From an uncultured Poribacteria bacterium (GTDB lineage Bacteria > Poribacteria > WGA-4E > WGA-3G): a stretch of DNA of 64,000 bases. Below are positions 58,415-64,000 of this stretch, piece by piece. Both the position numbers and the translations under genes were made by a program. The notes below the pieces were generated by a model. The model saw nothing but the letters and a program-made list of their open reading frames with translations. It had not been told where the DNA came from and made no database searches. Position 1 is the first letter of the stretch. Each line of letters starts with the position of its first letter. Location: positions 1,728,001 to 1,792,000 of the forward strand of contig OX638351.1 of the NCBI GenBank assembly GCA_951813565.1, read 5' to 3'.

Positions 58415-60535
58415 ATGGCATCATGGGGAGAAGCAAGCCAGTCTCGACTTATTGGCAAGCGGATTGCCCGTTTGTCTGGTAAGGAGAAAGTTACAGGAAA
58501 GGCAAAGTATACTTTTGATATTAATCGTCCGGGAATGCTTTATGCACGCATTCTGAGATCTGAAGTTGCACATGCAAACGTGACGGATCTCGATCTGACC
58601 CGTGCGGAAGAATTGCCCGGTGTTAAAGCGGTTATTCCATTAACGGAGGTCGGTAAAAAGCTCCGTTATCAAGGACAGGAGATCGCAGCAGTTGCTGCTG
58701 AAACTGACGACATCGCTAAAGACGCACTGCGGTTAATTTTTGTTGAATTAGAAGAATTGCCCTTCGTCGTTACGGAAGCAGATGCAATGGCAGAAGGCGC
58801 GCCGCAAATTCGGGATGATTGGAAGGGAAATCAGACTAACCCTGGTATTAACGAAGATGGTGATATAGAAGCAGGATTCGAAGAAGCTGCAGTTACAGTA
58901 GAAGCTACTTATCACACACCTGTCCAAACGCATGTCTGCTTAGAAACACACGGGCATGTCACTGAATGGACAGATGAACAGAACCTAACCGTCTGGGCAT
59001 CTACACAGGCAGTTTTCGGAGTGCGTAATGACCTTGCAAGGAACCTGCAACTACCCGCGAACCAGGTCCGAGTCATCACTGAACATATGGGGGGCGGTTT
59101 TGGAAGCAAATTCAATGCTGGCACAGAAGGTCTCGCTGCAGTGCGGTTGTCCCGCATGACCGGAAGACCAGTAAAATTAATGTTGACCCGAAAGGCTGAA
59201 CACCTCGTAGCAGGGAACAGACCTTCAATGACACAGCATGTAAAAGCAGGTGCAACTCGCGACGGACGGCTTATCGCCTACGATATGCGTGGTTACGGTA
59301 CGGGTGGTACCGGTGGTGGGGCAGGTTTCACAGGACCTTATGTTTATCATGTTCCGAATATACGAACCGAACGTTTTAACGTCGCTGTCAATGCTGGCAG
59401 TCAACGTGCCATGCGTGCCCCAGGACACCCGCAAGGCGCTTTTGCAATGGATTCGTTGATGGATGAACTTGCAGAAAAACTGGGAATGAATCCGCTGGAA
59501 TTTCGACGCATTAATGACTCAAGTGAGGTGCGTCAAGCACAATATACCCTCGGTGCACAGGAAATTGGATGGCACAGACGCAACAGTGTAGCTGGTTCCG
59601 GAACAGGCGTTAAAAAGCGTGGTATGGGTGTCGGTAGTGGTCAATGGGGCGGTGGCGGCGGTAGAGGCACGCAAGCACGTGTTACTATCAATTCTGATGG
59701 CACCGTAGAAGCAGTCACTGGCACACAAGATATTGGCACTGGCATTCGCACAGCTATCGCTATAATCGTGGCAGAAGAGTTGGGACTCGCACCTGCGGAC
59801 ATTACAGTAAAAATTGGTGACAGCGGTCCTGGACTACCCTCTGGTGGTAGTGGTGGAAGTCAAACGACCGCATCTGTTGCACCTGTCATCAAAACCGCAG
59901 CTGCAGCGGCGAAACAAAAATTATTTGAACATGTCGCCCCTTTACTGCAGGCACCGGTGGATGACCTACGTGTTGGAACTGGCACTATCTATGTTGCTTC
60001 TGACCGGACCAAGACGGTTACGTGGCATCAGGCAACAGGTCTACTGGGGCAGGAGAGTATTAGCGAAGGCGGAGATTGGGATCAAGAACTCCGACAAGGC
60101 GGTGTAGCGGGCACTCAGTTCGCTGAAGTTGAAGTTGATACCGAAACAGGTCATGTCAAAGTTCTCAAAATCGTAGCTGTCCAAGATTGCGGATTGGCGA
60201 TTAACCGATTAACAACGGAAAGCCAAATAAATGGCGGCGTTATTATGGGGTTAGGGCAAGCACTCTTGGAAGAACGTATCATGGACCCGCAAACAGGACG
60301 GATGCTCAACGCTAACCTTGAGGATTACAAGGTTCCTGGAACTTTTGAAATACCTGAAATCAAGTCAATAGTTTTTGATACGCATCGGAAGGTTACGGGT
60401 GTCGGTGAACCGCCATGTATTCCTACACTCGGTGCCATTGCCAATGCTGTTCATAATGCGATCGGGGTTCGGATTAGAGAATTGCCGATAACACCCGATA
60501 AAGTCCTCACCGCACTTGCTGAGAAAAAGGCATAA
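58415..60535 (+). CDS. Molybdopterin-binding subunit (PaoC/YagR-like)
   Basis: KVTGKAKY, GGGFGSK, MRAPG, GSGGS, GVGEPP. Confidence 0.93.
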   Translation: MASWGEASQSRLIGKRIARLSGKEKVTGKAKYTFDINRPGMLYARILRSEVAHANVTDLDLTRAEELPGVKAVIPLTEVGKKLRYQGQEIAAVAAETDDIAKDALRLIFVELEELPFVVTEADAMAEGAPQIRDDWKGNQTNPGINEDGDIEAGFEEAAVTVEATYHTPVQTHVCLETHGHVTEWTDEQNLTVWASTQAVFGVRNDLARNLQLPANQVRVITEHMGGGFGSKFNAGTEGLAAVRLSRMTGRPVKLMLTRKAEHLVAGNRPSMTQHVKAGATRDGRLIAYDMRGYGTGGTGGGAGFTGPYVYHVPNIRTERFNVAVNAGSQRAMRAPGHPQGAFAMDSLMDELAEKLGMNPLEFRRINDSSEVRQAQYTLGAQEIGWHRRNSVAGSGTGVKKRGMGVGSGQWGGGGGRGTQARVTINSDGTVEAVTGTQDIGTGIRTAIAIIVAEELGLAPADITVKIGDSGPGLPSGGSGGSQTTASVAPVIKTAAAAAKQKLFEHVAPLLQAPVDDLRVGTGTIYVASDRTKTVTWHQATGLLGQESISEGGDWDQELRQGGVAGTQFAEVEVDTETGHVKVLKIVAVQDCGLAINRLTTESQINGGVIMGLGQALLEERIMDPQTGRMLNANLEDYKVPGTFEIPEIKSIVFDTHRKVTGVGEPPCIPTLGAIANAVHNAIGVRIRELPITPDKVLTALAEKKA

Positions 60536-60546
60536 GGAGGTAAACA

Positions 60547-61527
60547 ATGGATAAATTTAGTTACGTCAATGCGACCAGTCTGAAACAGGTTACCTCATTA
60601 TTGAGTGACAGCGGATGGGGCGAAGTGATGATGATAGCAGGCGGAACTGACCTGCTCAGTGAACTCAAGGAATACATTGAAACCCCAAAAACACTGATTA
60701 ATCTCAAGACGTTGCCGGAAATGGATAGCATATCAGCGGACGCATCCGGGTTAAAAATCGGTGCATTAGCTACTGTCGCTGACATTGCAATGCACACTAC
60801 GATTCAGCATCACTACACTGTGCTTGCACAGGCAGCAGCATCCGTGGCAACACCACAGATTAGGAACGTGGGTACACTTGGTGGTAATCTCTGCCAGCGC
60901 CCTCGTTGTTGGTATTACCGAGATGAAACCGTCAGTTGTCTCAAGAAGGGCGGAGACATCTGTTATGCTATTGATGGCTTAAGCAAATATCATGCTATCT
61001 TCGGCGGGGATCCAGTCTATATTGTCCATCCTTCTGACATCGCGCCAGCATTGATTGCACTCAACGCGTCTCTCAAAATTATTGGTCCAGAAGGTGAGAA
61101 GACGTTGAAAGTTGAGGAATTCTTTACCTTGCCAGCGGCAAATCCGTTTCGGGAAAACGTACTTGAACCGAATGAAATCGTTGTTGAAGTTCAGGTGCCA
61201 CAGCCTAAACCGAATACAAAGAGTTTCTACTTGAAAGCGCGTGAGAAAGGCGCACCAGACTTTGCATTGGCGAGTGTTGCAGGTGTTTTTGAGATGATGG
61301 GAAAGACATGTCAAACCGCCAACGTCGTTCTCGGTGGTGTTGCGCCTGCACCATGGCGTTCCGCAGAAGCTGAAACCGCTCTTACAGGTAAGATGATCAA
61401 TGAATCAGTCAGCATGAAGGCAGGCGCGGAAGCAGTGAAGGATGCAGAACCCATGAATGACAACGCATATAAAGTAACGTTAACTCGGAATCTCATCAGT
61501 CGTACCGCTATGATGGCAGTAAGTTAA
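60547..61527 (+). CDS. FAD-binding subunit (PaoB/YagS-like)
   Basis: AGGTDL, ATPQIRNVGTLGGNLCQRPRCWYYR, HPSD, NAYKV. Confidence 0.93.
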   Translation: MDKFSYVNATSLKQVTSLLSDSGWGEVMMIAGGTDLLSELKEYIETPKTLINLKTLPEMDSISADASGLKIGALATVADIAMHTTIQHHYTVLAQAAASVATPQIRNVGTLGGNLCQRPRCWYYRDETVSCLKKGGDICYAIDGLSKYHAIFGGDPVYIVHPSDIAPALIALNASLKIIGPEGEKTLKVEEFFTLPAANPFRENVLEPNEIVVEVQVPQPKPNTKSFYLKAREKGAPDFALASVAGVFEMMGKTCQTANVVLGGVAPAPWRSAEAETALTGKMINESVSMKAGAEAVKDAEPMNDNAYKVTLTRNLISRTAMMAVS

Positions 61528-61533
61528 AGGAGG

Positions 61534-61779
61534 ATGAACATGTTAGAGGGAAAAACACTTCCAATTTTTAGTCGTCCGATATGCCAGGACCTCCGGACAA
61601 AGGCAATTTACATTCCCGGTGGCAACTTGCAGAACCTTGTTGAAGAAAATCCGGGAACACACTATTGGTGCAATTGCACGATGCAGGTGGTCGGTCCCGA
61701 TGACCAGTTTGTGTCGCCCAATGCCTGTAAACAGTCACGTTCCTGTTTCAGTCCAGTCGGTGGAAAACCAGTAGTATAA
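61534..61779 (+). CDS. Small Cys-rich protein at the end of the molybdoenzyme operon
   Basis: SD AAGGAGG directly after the previous stop; C..LRTK...YWCNCT...GPDD...C...RSCF. Confidence 0.75.
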   Translation: MNMLEGKTLPIFSRPICQDLRTKAIYIPGGNLQNLVEENPGTHYWCNCTMQVVGPDDQFVSPNACKQSRSCFSPVGGKPVV

Positions 61780-61798
61780 TTAACGCAAATATAGTTTT

Positions 61799-61856
61799 CG
61801 GTTATCGGTTATCAGTGTTCGGTAAATTTTTCTCTTTCTGATAACTGATAACCGTT
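61799..61856. repeat. Inverted heptamer repeats (GGTTATC/GATAAC)
   Basis: CGGTTATCGGTTATCAG...CTGATAACTGATAACCG. Confidence 0.6.
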
Positions 61857-61880
61857 CTGCCTTTCTTTAGAATCTTGATA

Positions 61881-62336
61881 ATGTTCCTCAAACCTTTGAT
61901 ACAATGGTTACATGTCGGTTCTGTTGTCTTGATGATAGGTGGTTTCTTTTTCTTTCGTGTTGTCCTCATTCCAATTGCCAATCGTCTCCCCGACCCAAGC
62001 ACCCTGATTTCATCCACACTTAGACGTTTTAGTGGCATAGTCTGGACTACTTTATTGACTGTCCTTATATCAGGATTATATAACGTTATCACCTTCTTTA
62101 GAACTGCTCGTATGTCTGCCGCGGAATCTGTTGATGTAGATTACTCACTTTATATACTTATTTTAGGTTTTAAATTCTTTATTGTTTTTTTAATATATAC
62201 CCTTGCAATTATTTTGACGTTCCCCTATCCTGTTTTTGAGGAATTTCAGAAAAGACCCGCACCGTGGCTGAACATCGTCATTATCTTGGGACTGATAGTT
62301 ATATTCTTATCCGCCTTTTTACGCCGCATGGCTTAA
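61881..62336 (+). CDS. CopD-like four-TM membrane protein
   Basis: WLHVGS...IGG, RRFS, SGLYN, K in TM3. Confidence 0.65.
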   Translation: MFLKPLIQWLHVGSVVLMIGGFFFFRVVLIPIANRLPDPSTLISSTLRRFSGIVWTTLLTVLISGLYNVITFFRTARMSAAESVDVDYSLYILILGFKFFIVFLIYTLAIILTFPYPVFEEFQKRPAPWLNIVIILGLIVIFLSAFLRRMA

Positions 62337-62383
62337 TGAAACTAACTTTTCATAACTCTGAGCATTAAAAGGAGCAAGTTCCT

Positions 62384-62597
62384 GTAGGTTGGGTAGAGTG
62401 GAGCGAAACCCATAGCTGTCAATTTAGGGATATATTTCTTGTGGGAGTGAATCAATGCCAAAAGCGCATGCTGCGTTGATTTGGATATAACGGTTTGAGT
62501 CTCAAAAATCGGGCTTTCAAGGTTTCCCTCCCACAAGAGATAAGCCAGCATTTTTTCTTAAGTTGACAGTTATGGGTAGAGCGGAGCGAAACCCAAC
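62384..62597. mobile_element. CCATAG-type MITE in a duplicated REP
   Basis: CCATAGCTGTCAATTTA...TTAAGTTGACAGTTATGG flanked by GGGTAGAG(T/C)GGAGCGAAACCC. Confidence 0.8.
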
Positions 62598-62624
62598 AAA
62601 ATTAAAATTATACGGAGCAAACAA

Positions 62625-63440
62625 ATGGCAGTATTAAGCAAAGAAGACTTAGCTTTTTGGGAAGAAAAAGGTTATGTTGTCATTCCTGATGCAGCGCCAC
62701 CTGAGTTAATCCAGGATGCAGCAAAAGCAGTTTGGGATTTCCTTGAGATGGATGCGGACTCTCCAGAGAGTTGGTATCCCGACCCACCTCGTGGTATAAT
62801 GGTAGAAATCTATCAACATCCTGCCTTGTGGGCGACACGCCAATCCCCACGTGTCCATCAGGCTTTTGCAGAAATCTGGGACACAGAGAAACTATGGGTC
62901 AGTTTTGACCGTGCCAGCATGAGTCCACCCAATGTCCCCGGCAAATATGAACGTACAAGCGTTGGACTTCATTGGGACATGTCCATAGATATTCCCATCC
63001 GATTCCACGTGCAAGGTGTGCTTTACCTGACAGATACCGCTGCGAACCAAGGCGCATTTACCTGTGTCCCCGCTTTCCACAACAGAATTGAGGAGTGGAT
63101 AAAGAGTCTTCCACCGGATGCTGATCCGCGTCAACAAAATTTAGAGGCGTTAGGCATGATTCCTGTCCCCGCAAATGCGGGTGATCTGATAATTTGGCAT
63201 AGTGCTTTGCCGCATAGCGCGGGTATCAATACCGCTGATGCACCGCGCGTTGTGCAATACATCACTATGACACCAACAGGTGAGTCAAATCAAGAAGCAC
63301 GGGAACGCCGCATCAACGGATGGAAAAATCGTATGGCAGGTTTTGGCGGTGAACGTGCAGAGAAAGAGCATCAATCGGGTGAAACCGCAGAGTTAACCGA
63401 GCTTGGGAAAAAGCTGTTGGGACTCGAGACGTGGGGATAA
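62625..63440 (+). CDS. Phytanoyl-CoA dioxygenase (PhyH) family protein
   Basis: LHWD, QGVLYLTD, AGDLIIW, PH..G.N...PR. Confidence 0.9.
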   Translation: MAVLSKEDLAFWEEKGYVVIPDAAPPELIQDAAKAVWDFLEMDADSPESWYPDPPRGIMVEIYQHPALWATRQSPRVHQAFAEIWDTEKLWVSFDRASMSPPNVPGKYERTSVGLHWDMSIDIPIRFHVQGVLYLTDTAANQGAFTCVPAFHNRIEEWIKSLPPDADPRQQNLEALGMIPVPANAGDLIIWHSALPHSAGINTADAPRVVQYITMTPTGESNQEARERRINGWKNRMAGFGGERAEKEHQSGETAELTELGKKLLGLETWG

Positions 63441-63464
63441 AATAGTACTAAATTGCTAAAATCG

Positions 63465-63858
63465 CAGGGGTGGGAGTGAAACCCAACAACTGAGCTTCCG
63501 TCTGTTATCATGTTGGGTTTCACTCCGCTTCTATCCATAGATGTCAATTTAGAAGACAAATCCCGTCACGACTTGTATGGCGGGTCTCTCTGCCCCGCCA
63601 TATCTGATGTATCCAAACAACGGGCGGGCACAGAGACCGGCCCCTACAATGGAGCCGGGATGCTCTGAAATAATATCGGGCTTTGAAAGCCCGATATTGT
63701 GAGTCTTAACCTGTAAAATCGGGGTTAAAAACCCGACAAATCATGTAGAATGCCATGCGCGCATTCTACCAAGCGCATTTGGCGTTGATTCACTCCCACA
63801 AGAAGGTATATCCTTAAATTGACGCCTATGGGGTTTCGCTCCGCTCTAACCAACCTAC
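63465..63858. repeat. REP doublet with CCATAG-type MITE and nested micro-elements
   Basis: CCATAGATGTCAATTTA (about 63535)...TAAATTGACGCCTATGG (about 63831). Confidence 0.75.
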
Positions 63859-63878
63859 GAACTTTTTACATGAGCTAC

Positions 63879-64000
63879 CTATCGCTGTCTTCCAAGCACA
63901 GGATACGCAGGGTCATTATACCCTTTACCGGTATGTTCCCCTGGCGGCACTAACGCATCAATTACCGTTTCATCATCCTCTGTTATAACACAGTCTAAAC
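63879..64000 (-). CDS. 3' end of a probable aldo/keto reductase (starts beyond the window)
   Basis: Manual translation LDCVITEDDETVIDALVPPGEHTGKGYNDPAYPVLGRQR*. Confidence 0.55.
   Translation of the reverse strand, partial: LDCVITEDDETVIDALVPPGEHTGKGYNDPAYPVLGRQR

Overview
Bacterial chromosome segment of moderately low GC, most likely from Candidatus Poribacteria. The assignment is an inference from a T9SS-type 'LLANYPNPFNPETWIPY' remnant, an 'LPDGAIARL' WD40 fragment, secreted proteins ending in 'KLxxTWGxLK', several Gfo/Idh/MocA genes and a PhyH gene. Housekeeping genes include truD, mutL, mutS, murQ, murA, hisD, argE, moaDE, folB, waaA and trxA. Accessory content includes an MjaI-family restriction-modification pair, a TusA/DsrE/TusA-OsmC sulfur-relay cluster, a Tat-exported PaoABC-like molybdoenzyme operon, an IS-interrupted FRG gene beside a TPR gene, and four IS copies (IS1595 twice, IS701, ISKra4-like). 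Most intergenic regions are stacks of nested MITEs and REP palindromes with verifiable target duplications. Within them is a family of 25-36 bp hairpin micro-elements that insert with no duplication, nest recursively, and use target bases to close their stems. Other highlights are a convergent-promoter antisense sRNA over the leader of a small exported-protein operon, a candidate C-terminal sorting signal, and a MoaD with a masked diglycine. No rRNA, tRNA or CRISPR array was seen.
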